Shown here: piece by piece, positions 53,333 through 64,000 of the stretch
Layout of the letters: every line of letters begins with the position of its first letter
Numbering within the stretch: the first letter of the stretch is position 1
Assembly: GCA_048013815.1 (NCBI GenBank)
Contig: CM106586.1
Location: forward strand, 21,576,001 to 21,640,000
Source: Setoptus koraiensis
Lineage: Eukaryota > Animalia > Arthropoda
DNA: 64,000 nucleotides
Direction of reading: 5' to 3'
Program-made: the position numbers and the translations under genes
Notes under the pieces: model-generated
The model's input: the letters and a program-made list of their open reading frames with translations, nothing else
Told to the model about the DNA's origin: nothing
Database searches by the model: none

Positions 53333-56300
53333 TTAAACTATCCGCTCAACCTTTTCCCATAGTCTATCACGTTCCTCAAACATCTATATCAAACAGTAGT
53401 AGAAGAGAAAATATTAGCTGAGTCACTTTGATCAGCGCTTTGATATGTTGTATACTATTTATACTAATTGTGAAGGCTTACCATTGATATCCATTCTTTA
53501 TCTTTCATGCATTTATCTAGGAGAACACTATGTTGCGGTTCATCGTCGACGATAAGGCTCAGCACCTGTCAAGTTTAGAAGATACGTCAGTCTCTGATAC
53601 ATAAGATATTTAGTAAAATGCTATAAAGAGAATCGACTTACCTTTTCATTAGCCTTAATATAAAGTTTCCATTTAAAATGTTGCATCTCAGAGTAGAGTC
53701 TAACTTTTTCGTTGCATGAGTTACATAATTTGATGGTTTTTAAGTCCTGTTGATCTGTCGATTTTTCAATGGCTTTTAGACTTTTTCGCTCATAAGATTC
53801 CTTTGTGAAACTTGTTATGTATGCGCTCGACACATTTTGACACCCCTAAATGATTGTTGAAGAAGTCTTTAAGTTAGAGACTACCTAGGATATGCGGAAA
53901 TCTTACGAGAAAAAAAGTTTGATGACAAACTTACCATGCAATGATGTTCCTTTTCTTCGTTTTCTGTCTCTTTTGTGATTGTGTTAGGATAACGATCGAG
54001 ACAGCTTATAATTTCTTGTTCTAGTTTCAATTTGCTGATAAGTTTTGCTTTGTTACGCTGTATCACATCATCGATGACTCTTGAACTTGACAAATAGTAG
54101 TCCAGGTTATCTATAGGATATGAATGCGAAGATTGTTCGATTAGAAATCATTCTAGACAAAATGAAAATAATGAAAGCTGAATTGGTTATAATGGTTGTA
54201 CTCACCAGGCTCGGGGATGGACCAGAACTGATTATCCAGACACATATTAAGTAGGATTTGGATGTAAACCGCGTAGTGCGAATCATAAAACTCAATTGCT
54301 TCCTTAGGTGTCTGTAGATTTAGGGAAAGCCGTTCCACCTGAATCTGATTTCTACTATGGTGGGTAACTTTAACATCTACACCAACATAATCCCCTTTTA
54401 TAATAGGATTCCAACCTTTATATTGATGCGTATTCTCATATAAGACTAGTCCGCCATCCTCAGCTGGCTCAATAGGTTCGAATTGTTGTAACAAGTTGTT
54501 ACCTTCTATTCTCCACAAATGAGGGTTTTTGTTTTTGAGATCTTTTTTTGCTATTACAAAGTCAGTTGTCCTCATCAAACCTTCGATGACAGACTCTTTC
54601 CTTTCAGAGGATCTTCTACGGCTAGATTTGTGACCACTTCCACCGCTAGAACCACTTCCGTTGCTAGTCGCTTTTGTGGCAGGGCTTATACTGGAGCCTG
54701 AACCAGAGATGAGACAAATAACTGGCTTATCTGATGAAAGAGAAGGGCTAAGATCTTGCTTTGCAACGCTGTTAGTCGAGGTAGAACTCAAACTCAAGGC
54801 CGGTGAAACTACAGACTCCAGCTTAGTTTGCTGCGCAGAGACAGAATTGAGTGACTCTTGTACCAGATCCGGCTCACAGCTTTCAGTTTTCTTACGTCTC
54901 CTCGATGGTTTATCACCGCTGGATTCACTTGGGCGCTTCCTTTTGAGTTTAGGTTTAGCGTCTCCAACAGTGTTTTTCAAGGATTCATCGATCTCACTGT
55001 CAGTTTTGGGACCTTCTGTGCATGTTTCAACCGCTTTGACAGTGGTTTCTTGAGCCTTTGCCTCGGACGAATCGTTTTCTACGGTACTATTATTGCTTTT
55101 AGACTTGATCTTACGTTTATGTGGGACATGGCCGGAGGTTTTATCTCGGGTATTTGTGGTTTCAGCATTAGATGTTAATGTTTTCTTGTCAATATTACTT
55201 GATGTATTCTCACAAATCGATTGATTAGGTTCAGGTGGCGGTTGCTCATGCATAGTTGCACTGTCTAAAAAAGTTGATTGAGAAGAGCTAGTCATAGTCG
55301 ATTGATTATCTACAATCTGGAGAGGAGTTGATTCAGATTGATTTTGTGCAGAGAACTGTGAGTGATTAGAATCTCCAACCAATTGTTTTTCCATAGTCTT
55401 CTTAGATTCCTTTGGTGCAGTGNNNNNNNNNNNNNNNNNNNNNNNNNNNNNNNNNNNNNNNNNNNNNNNNNNNNNNNNNNNNNNNNNNNNNNNNNNNNNN
55501 NNNNNNNNNNNNNNNNNNNNNNNNNNNNNNNNNNNNNNNNNNNNNNNNNNNNNNNNNNNNNNNNNNNNNNNNNNNNNNNNNNNNNNNNNNNNNNNNNNNN
55601 NNNNNNNNNNNNNNNNNNNNNNNNNNNNNNNNNNNNNNNNNNNNNNNNNNNNNNNNNNNNNNNNNNNNNNNNNNNNNNNNNNNNNNNNNNNNNNNNNNNN
55701 NNNNNNNNNNNNNNNNNNNNNNNNNNNNNNNNNNNNNNNNNNNNNNNNNNNNNNNNNNNNNNNNNNNNNNNNNNNNNNNNNNNNNNNNNNNNNNNNNNNN
55801 NNNNNNNNNNNNNNNNNNNNNNNNNNNNNNNNNNNNNNNNNNNNNNNNNNNNNNNNNNNNNNNNNNNNNNNNNNNNNNNNNNNNNNNNNNNNNNNNNNNN
55901 NNNNNNNNNNNNNNNNNNNNNNGATGATGTCGCAGATATCGGGGGTATATTGCTTCTATCTGGAGTATGAGATGTTGGTGGATGACCTCGCACTGATTGA
56001 TGTGGCAATGGCGATGCAGTAGGTGATTGTTGATGAAGGCCATGATGTTGCTGGAATCCACTTGACGTAGTTTGAGGCGATGGTAAAGTCCCTAGAGGTG
56101 GCTGCTGTGTCATAGGGGAGGCCCAATACTGTGATGCCAATACTGAGGGTGAATACTGTGAGTAATGAGATTGTTGAGGGTGTTGTTGGAATTGAGAATT
56201 TTGCTGTGGTAATTGTGATTGAGACGGAGTTGCTGTAGGTTGTATAGGTTGATAGAGCCCTGAGGTCCTTGGCATCTGCTGCTGCTGCAAGCTCTGATGA

Positions 56301-56506
56301 GGTTGCCGTGGAGGCATAGAATGTATTGGTTGCACAGATTGCATCGAGGGTTGGAGAGCTTCTGAGCTAGGCATACCAATCATTGGATTATTGGGCACAC
56401 TACCACTATAGTGCATCGTATTTGAGGGTGGTGGCGGTGGACCTTGTTGGTGCCACTGACTGATGCTGGTACCAGGAGGCCATCCGTACATTGGATTACC
56501 GCTCAT
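53333..56506 (-). CDS. QSER1/PRR12-like (DUF4211) protein; exons 56506-54206 (spans the gap), 54110-53935, 53845-53642, 53565-53482, 53383-53333
   Basis: Q/P/S-rich N-terminus, then DFVIAKKD..HLWRIEG.NLLQQFEP, YAVYIQILL, HCMGC and LCNSC..LYS..QHFKW, DKEWI..MF....WE. Four GT-AG introns all join in frame. Family call is from recalled motifs. Confidence 0.75.
55423..55922. other. Scaffold gap (500 N)
   Basis: Exactly 500 N, inside the QSER1-like CDS. Confidence 1.
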
Positions 56507-58686
56507 TGTGGCTGATTAATGCTCAGCTAGATGTACAACGCAAATATAATTTGATCGAGAAAGATTAAGATGATCTTGATAAACGAGACCAAATAATACT
56601 GTACGTCAAAATGGAACTAAGTATAAATATTCTAACAGCCTACTTATGATAGTTGTGCTCTGTAATATTCTAGCATTTTCTTTCTGCTTATTCGTTGAGG
56701 CAATATCCTTAAGGGTCTACAATTTAAATCCATAATGGTGACTTAGTAATTTATGCAATGTGTAAAAAGCTGGTGGTCTAATTAATAACCAGATTTAGGT
56801 GAGGTGATGTATGTTTGATAATAAATGTTTAAGCCAGTCTGCTTAAGTTTTGATATACATTTTGTTTGTATATATGTGTCTGTGGAAGGATCAAGTGACC
56901 GATTTGAATGGATTATGCTACGTGCCTTCTAAAGTGCATTCCAAAAAATGAGCAGTGTGTTGAGCGTAAGCACAGATCGTGCGTTAGCTCATGGCTGTGT
57001 GGAGGGCACTCAACGAATTGATCGCACACCCAACATACACAATAAATGCAACACAAGTGGCACATACAAAACTCTCGAGTATTCTGTGATTTTGTGCGGC
57101 ACAGTATTAGTCATGGCTGGAAAGACTTGATGTTGACACCCTCTGCTTTATAATAGTGTGTGTCCCTATGTGTGTTTGTGCAACTATGCCTATGTCACAC
57201 AATCTAAACATGTTAGTGCCATGAATTTTTCAGAAAAATCTCACGCATTACACTATTGTAGCATACGTAGGCTTTAACAGTGCATTCGTACGAAACTGTG
57301 CCGCACAATTCTGAGTATTCTACGAGACGAACACACTGTGCTAGAGCAGCCAAGTAATCACAATTGAGGACATGTCTGACAACTGGTGTACTGATTAACC
57401 GAGGCAATGCGCAACCTGTACCTAAATTGTGTCTGTGCTGTCCTCTGTGTGCGGCCACAAATAGTTACACCGAGATAATAGTTCTAAACAATGCGTAGAG
57501 GAAGCCTCAGTGTTGCAACAACTATGTGAGTGACCAGTTAAAGTGACGCCTTCAGGAGAAACTTGAAACTAGTGCAAACTATATGGTTATGTTTAGCTGA
57601 ACAAGCCAATAGTGTGGTCCAAGCAATCAATGTCCTCTCAACTGTTTATTCTATACCCACGCCTTCTGCAGTGCATCTCTTGCACAGCAAAATGCATTGT
57701 TATAGGCTGCACAGCGTGTTTTGTATCTCTATGCGCATCGGAACTAGACTCTCTGCCTATTTGGTGCACTCTAGAGAATCATTGGTGACTGGTAGACTTC
57801 TCACTTGTATGTCTGGCTTCGATGCAGCCTCTTGGCGCTTGGTGCGTTTGTTTGTCTGTGTGTCCGTGTTCTCCATGATGGCAAAAGAGAATTGTTTTGA
57901 TTCCTTCATCCAGGTCCATTTGCCCGAACGTCTTTGAGAATTTATCATCAATGTCATCACTTGGACAACGAAACACATCCAGTTGATCTGGATAAGTTTT
58001 GAAACACAGTGGACAAAGGCTATACTAGGTGGTCAACTGTGGCACCTACGGCAACCATTCATAAACAAATTCATCATATTTCCTAATTGGCGAAACAACA
58101 ATAGGATTAGCGACTAAGATTATTATCAGTATATTCGATCTATTTTTATTTTTTTCCATTCTATTTCAAATGAAGCAACGCCACATCCACAAGAAGAATC
58201 GAATATTTCTCATGATAGCACGATACGAATGTTTCTATTCACCCATGTGAGAGAAACAACATTTTGTTAGATGTAAATAAATTGTTTTCAGACAATATAT
58301 CCTTAGTAAGCATAATTTTCAATTTGCACATATGAATTAAGCCAGCGTCAAATTCTGACTGGATTCGGATTTATACCGGTATAAAAACAAGCGAATTCTC
58401 AATATAACACTGATAATACTCCGCACGTTTTCCATTTGAAACATCAATGTACTCAATACGATTAAGACTACCGTGATGATTTCACTATTTGACATTCTAT
58501 CCGGCTCCACCGCTTCTAACACAATCGGAGGGATACTCCTATTCACTTGCACCAAATGCAACAGCCGTCATCCATTTGAAGAGCTATCTAGAGATAACCT
58601 AGATAGCTCAAGTAACTTTCATCTTTCTTTTGTTAGATTGCTCTAAGGAGTCCAGTATACGTCCCCTCGTTTAGACCACATGCAGC

Positions 58687-61600
58687 ATGGTGGGAATCAA
58701 GCGGTCTTTTTTTCAGGTAGTGGGTTTCTTATTGGCCTCGCTTACCCTCTACCTGATACTCCGGTATACTATACTAGAGCCTCACAATCACTGTAGAATG
58801 ACATTCATGATGGAGCCACCCAAGTTCTTTACAGTGCCCATCAACACAAGCAACTCTTTTCATGAAAAGATGGATGAAACAATTTTTGTTCACAAAGATT
58901 ATAAACTTTTCATGTACAGCGAGTTCGATTTCCCACAATTAAACGATCCCCATCAAGATCTCAAAGACTCTATGCCAGTTCTTTTTGTACCTGGGAACGC
59001 CGGTAGCCATCAACAAGCAAGAAGTTTAGCGTCTACAAGCATTAGGAGACAATTGAGATCACTAGAGGCAGCAAAATTCATTTTCTACACTGTTAGCTTT
59101 GGTGAACAATTATCTGGCATAAACGGAAAACTATTGATTGAACAAATTTATTTCGTTGGTAAAGCTATAAAACAAATACGAGACAACCATCCTAATCAAA
59201 CAGGAGGCATAATACTTATTGGACACTCTGTCGGTGGATTTATTTGCAAGGCACTAGTTGCACAATCTAATTTTTTACAAGAATCTGTTGGATTGATTAT
59301 AAGTTTGGCTGGACCACTTGTGAGTTTACCTATATTTTTCGATGGCGATGTTAGAAATTTATATGAACGAACTAATCGACATTGGAATGAGATGAGTAAG
59401 GGTGAAGAACCACGACCTTTGGCCATATCGATAACTGGAGGCTACGCCGATCGACTTGTGCCTCCGCATCTTGCTATGGATCCTAATTTCGATATATCTA
59501 TCACAACAAGTGCCCTATTAGGAGTCTGGTTACCTACAGATCATGTCCCTATAACTTGGTGTCGTGAGTTGATGCAAAAACTCTCTATCATTATGTCATC
59601 CATTATCGACAAAAAGACATCCAAATTAAAAACAATAGGTCGAGAACAAATTGTGGGCATTCTCAGAGAGCAACTGATCCAAGTCCATGATGTCCTTAAG
59701 GAGAATCCAAAGCTAGAAAAGATATATGTAAACTGGACAAACACGAAATCATTCAGTATCATGAGCGAAAAACTATTTTATCATGATCAGCGTTACAAAA
59801 TGGTCAATGAGTTAAAGATAATCAACTTGGACGCAAGTGAAGATCTATTTATTCTAGTTGATCACGTGGAAGATCTACCTGAGAGATGGATAACAGGATG
59901 TGATAATAAAGTTAAGCACGAATCGAATAGGAGAATTACATGTGCTAACCGACTAGAGCTATCTCATCTGGTTCGAAGCATACCTTCCAGATATTACGAA
60001 CCGCAATCGAGTTTTGTGTTGTTCTCTTCGAAGTTAGTTCAGACTCACAATATCTTGAGTATCATCATTGACCTAGTTCCAGATAACAATAGATTTCACG
60101 AGACTGGAACAGCTTATAGAAGAATGTAAGTATTGTAATTCACTTCCATCAATCACTGTACTGCTAAATTTTTCACAATTTAACCGGACAATGTTTTCTT
60201 TATCCTCTAGGCCGGAAACTTTCTCTTATTTTAGAGCGAAGCCCTACAACTATATAAGGGATATTTATCTACCAACGATGTTTGAATATATTTACTACCA
60301 AGCAGTCTCTATTATTACGGGTCAACGGTATCTTCATGAACACATAGATGCCAAACCGAAATTTCCCATTCACTATATGAGGTTTTACCTCACAGGATTC
60401 AAATATCTCACACAAACTTTTATAATCAACCTTGAGGCTGAATCTTGCTCAAATCTAACACCCGATAGGGGTTTGATGTTGTTCGGCGCTCCATGGAACC
60501 ATGAATCTTATCATTCACCCCTCACTAGTGATGATTTGTCTAGATTGAAAATGAATTTGCGTCTGATGGAAACATATACACACTATGGATATCATAATGA
60601 AAGCGCCTACATAGAGTTATTCATCGATGGTAACTGTAGTTATAATTTAAGCTTTAAATTTAATTTTCTTGATTTATTCAACATAATAGTCCAGCATAGA
60701 TTGGCATCGATCTTGACATGTTTGGCCACACTTTTGATTGTCCGAATTACTTTAGACTTACCTGTGATTATCTGTGATGATACAAAATTAATTTCAAATA
60801 AGGCTAAAAATTCGAATATCGATCTCGTGTTAAAGAACAATTCCCCCAATAATCAACAGAAGCTTTTGATAGGTAAAATAATCGAATTTTCAGTAACAGG
60901 TATAATATTAGAATCATCAAATGCTATTTTCTACTTTCTAGCACCAAATATCAAGTTGAGAGACTGGAATCCAGTAGATGAAATCGTCATTACCTCAAGC
61001 ATATATACATTTAGCTGTGGGGCAATTTTGGGAACCGAATTCGTAATACGAAAATTGGTTTGGTTCCTAGCCCATATCAGTTTTTATTCAGGATCATTCA
61101 ATCATTCTACCAAAGAGGATAAATTAAACTTAACGAAAACAGACAATTCTAGGAGCTCTAATCACAATGTCGCCTCAAACAATCATGTCACGTCAGAGGA
61201 TCGAATATTTTCAAGTAGTTATATAGGTAACAAATACATTATTAGAAGTCTGACTAATTATTTTTATTTGTATACAAATAAGAAAATGCTAGACATTACT
61301 GGTATCATAGTGATAATAGCTATAGTTCTAGGTGTGTTCTGGTGTACATTTTGGCTTTCTATAGGCGTAAGCACTATTCTCGTGATAAAGAATGTTGCAG
61401 ACAAAAAGAACTCAATCGCCAAGGTTAAGAAAATACCAGTAAATGGTAGAAGTAACTTCAAAGAAAAGATAACATACACCTCATCCGACGCCTCTAAATC
61501 TCGATTAGATATCAATGTATTGCTTCTTGCTATACTGTGTGTCATACCAACAATCCCCGACGCCTTAATCACATTACACGATAGAAAAAGCTTAATCAAT

Positions 61601-61861
61601 TCAACTACCTCAAAGATAAGTGATCTAGCATTGTTCACTTCTATTCCGGCGCTCATACTGACTTATGTTTTCATGCATCGTTCGTTTTGTCGGGTACCAT
61701 GGAAACTGAGACATGTAAGAACAGAAGAATCGAATGTGTATCACTTCAAGAACATACCTTCAAGGGGGCTTCTCTTTGCACCCATCCTGTTAATACAATC
61801 CAATGTATATTTTCTAAGTGTGACACAACTTACAACTCTTTTGTGGCTAGCTTTCTATTAA
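58687..61861 (+). CDS. PGAP1: GPI inositol-deacylase, about 1029 aa; exons 58687-60125 and 60211-61861
   Basis: N-terminal TM, PVLFVPGNAGSHQQARSLAS, lipase nucleophile IGHSVGG, PTDH..ITWC, and a multi-TM C-terminus. The intron GTAAGT(60126)...CTCTAG(60210) joins the two ORFs in frame. Confidence 0.93.
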
Positions 61862-63067
61862 CTTTCAGAATAAACGATGCCTTTCAATTTTCATGAATAT
61901 CTCATAACCTGAACTATCATCATCAGTTCTTTGATAACTCCAAAAGCCACGAAAAGCCACCGGTCAAGTCCAACGTATCAATGTAACGCTTATCTCTAAG
62001 TTTATCCTTTGAGACACAACAACTTTTAATCGAAACTTAGATTCTCATCTATCGAAGATATGGACATATCTCATTCGGAGCGATTCTCTGGCAACGACCT
62101 GAATTAGGAGTGTTCTATCTTTAGACTTGTCGAGATCCTCACTTTAAAAGCAAAGAGTACCAATAGCTTAGACAAGAGTTATGTTGAGTTACGTCCACTC
62201 TATCTAACTACACAATAATCTGTCTCGGCATATATTCTTTATTCGATTGATCGGCACAGCATCATCGCTTATTGCTAACTGGTGCACAATTTATAAATGA
62301 AACGTTCATGTCCGGATAAATATCCATCACTAAGACATCTATCCTTTCACTGCATCGATCTGACAGCCAGTAGGCGTAATCAGGTCCCACTGAGTCGGTA
62401 TTTCACCGTCGATAGATTGAAAAAATATTGCAATCAGGAGAAGAGATCTGTTAAAGTATCAACTGTACTGCTATGTGTTTAGTGAGTGGTAAAAAATAAA
62501 GCGCAGATAATCTATGAATATTCACTCCTGTGTCTCATTCTCTTCCTCTCAATCTATCACCGTAAGGTAGTTTTCATATCTCACGCATTGCTAACCAACA
62601 GATTCCTCCTCTACTGAATAAACAAATTCGGATGAATAGATTGAGTCTCAATATATATATATATATTGAGACGTCAACACATATATGCTAACGTAATATT
62701 CAGTTTAAAAATATTCTCTCATCGATTATCTTCATTGAACATGTGACAAAAACAAGCTCATTCAGATTACTAACTTATCTACATGAGGCGAAGATATGAC
62801 GTCTTGGAGATAAGATGGTTTTGCAACAACACATATGTGTATGTGTGTGTTTCACATGGTGATAAATAAAACTTTTATTATTATCAATAGTTTAGTATTA
62901 GAAATAACAGTTATTCGTCTTTGCAAAATATATCGATTGATACATTTATTATATTGGGGTGATTTTAAGCCAAGTTCACTCATAGGCTCCATATTATCAT
63001 ATCTGATCATCTGGAACCGGCCCGATCGACAACGACTAATCCTTTTCACACTGATCATTCGCTAAAC

Positions 63068-64000
63068 ATGAATAACAAGAAAGCTGAAAACACAACAGAG
63101 GTTGGCAATAAGAATGAAGATGGTCAGAATTCTTCAACAAGTGATACTCATTCCTATAAAGGCGAGACTGTTCGTGGTATCAATTCGAGCGAACTCGACC
63201 ATGTTGTTTATTCAAATACAATCTCTGATGCCGATACATCTGAAACTAAAGATATCACTGTTACGGATATTATCGGAGAATTTGGTTTATATCAGTGCTC
63301 ATTGAGTGTCATAACATTCATTCGTTATGTTTGTGTTGCCATGATGACCAATACTGGGCCACTTATTGCACCCGACATGGATTATTTCTGTCAATTGCCA
63401 GATAATTTAACCAATATTTTAACCATTAACGGCTCCATTTACATTAAAAATCATCTAAACAATTCTTGCCAAGTTTGGATACCTCCATGGACAATAAACA
63501 GTGATTTTGAAAATAAAAGTAAAACTATTTTAACAGAGAACAACACATTTAATTGTATTAATTGGACATATAACACAAGCCTCGTAGGTAGAACGATGAC
63601 AGATGAATTCAATTTAGTCTGTGATAGAGACTGGCTGAGATCCTTATTCCAGAGTAGCGTATCCATAGGTGTAGTGGTAGCATCACTATTCTGGGGTACT
63701 CTATCCGACAAGCGTGGTCGTTACTATACAATGAAGATTTGCTATCTAGTCTCATTCATATCCGGTTTAATATCATTTTTGGCGCCAAATTTCATGATCT
63801 ATGTTATGGCACGATCAATATGCTCATTAGGTGATTTAGGTTTAGTGGTATCATTGGCCACTATACTTGTGGAAAGTGTCGGAAACCAATACAGAGGGGC
63901 AGTGTGTATCATAGTTTATTTGGGTTGGGCAATAGGTGTAATGATTATGCCATGGATTACAGATTATTTTAGAGATTTTAGAGTGCTAATGTTGGCGACA
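63068..64000 (+). CDS. SLC22 / organic cation transporter-like MFS protein (3'-partial)
   Basis: Open from the ATG at 63068 to the window end: IIGEFGLYQ, TMTDEFNLVCDRDWL, WGTLSDKRGR, LVESVGNQYRG, FRDFRVL. Confidence 0.92.
   Translation, partial: MNNKKAENTTEVGNKNEDGQNSSTSDTHSYKGETVRGINSSELDHVVYSNTISDADTSETKDITVTDIIGEFGLYQCSLSVITFIRYVCVAMMTNTGPLIAPDMDYFCQLPDNLTNILTINGSIYIKNHLNNSCQVWIPPWTINSDFENKSKTILTENNTFNCINWTYNTSLVGRTMTDEFNLVCDRDWLRSLFQSSVSIGVVVASLFWGTLSDKRGRYYTMKICYLVSFISGLISFLAPNFMIYVMARSICSLGDLGLVVSLATILVESVGNQYRGAVCIIVYLGWAIGVMIMPWITDYFRDFRVLMLAT

Noticed and set aside
55310-56061. ORF-track entries containing runs of X, also at 35682-36591
   Set aside because: They are artefacts of translating through 500-N gaps.
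2100-61896. Numerous 60-130 aa ORFs antisense to or nested in identified CDSs (e.g. 5713-6078, 10882-11199, 49132-49476, 54661-55053, 61264-61656)
   Set aside because: These are shadow frames of real genes with no independent motifs.

Overview
Eukaryotic genomic DNA from an arthropod with a compact, intron-poor genome. The Halloween P450 CYP302A1, a delta-class GST and asteroid indicate an arthropod. A mite, possibly eriophyoid-like, is an inference from the gene density and the intronless dynamin and UGGT. About 20 intact protein-coding genes are recognisable: FLII (partial), HSD17B10, TXNDC11, dynamin, UGGT, NTHL1, NDUFB5, a sphingomyelin synthase, RANBP3, MTR4 (broken by an assembly gap), GUK1, a TUT/non-canonical poly(A) polymerase, ANKMY2, CYP302A1, asteroid, a BOK-like Bcl-2, a QSER1/PRR12-like gene, PGAP1 and an SLC22 transporter (partial). 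There are also four orphan secreted proteins. The 19.5-27 kb region holds decaying gene copies (CRELD, DUF4807/F58A4.6-like twice, delta GST). Two 500-N gaps and about 2.8 kb of C-rich base-calling junk (33.0-35.8 kb) are assembly artefacts. Most notable: (1) a chimeric sphingomyelin synthase whose only upstream start codon and N-terminus come from the neighbouring RANBP3 gene through a head-to-head inverted repeat that is identical over 301 bp and then continues as silent-site-diverged homology; (2) a UGGT about 450-480 aa shorter than normal, whose deletion appears to remove the TRXL2 and TRXL3 substrate-sensing domains in frame. All family assignments come from recalled motifs; no database search was run.
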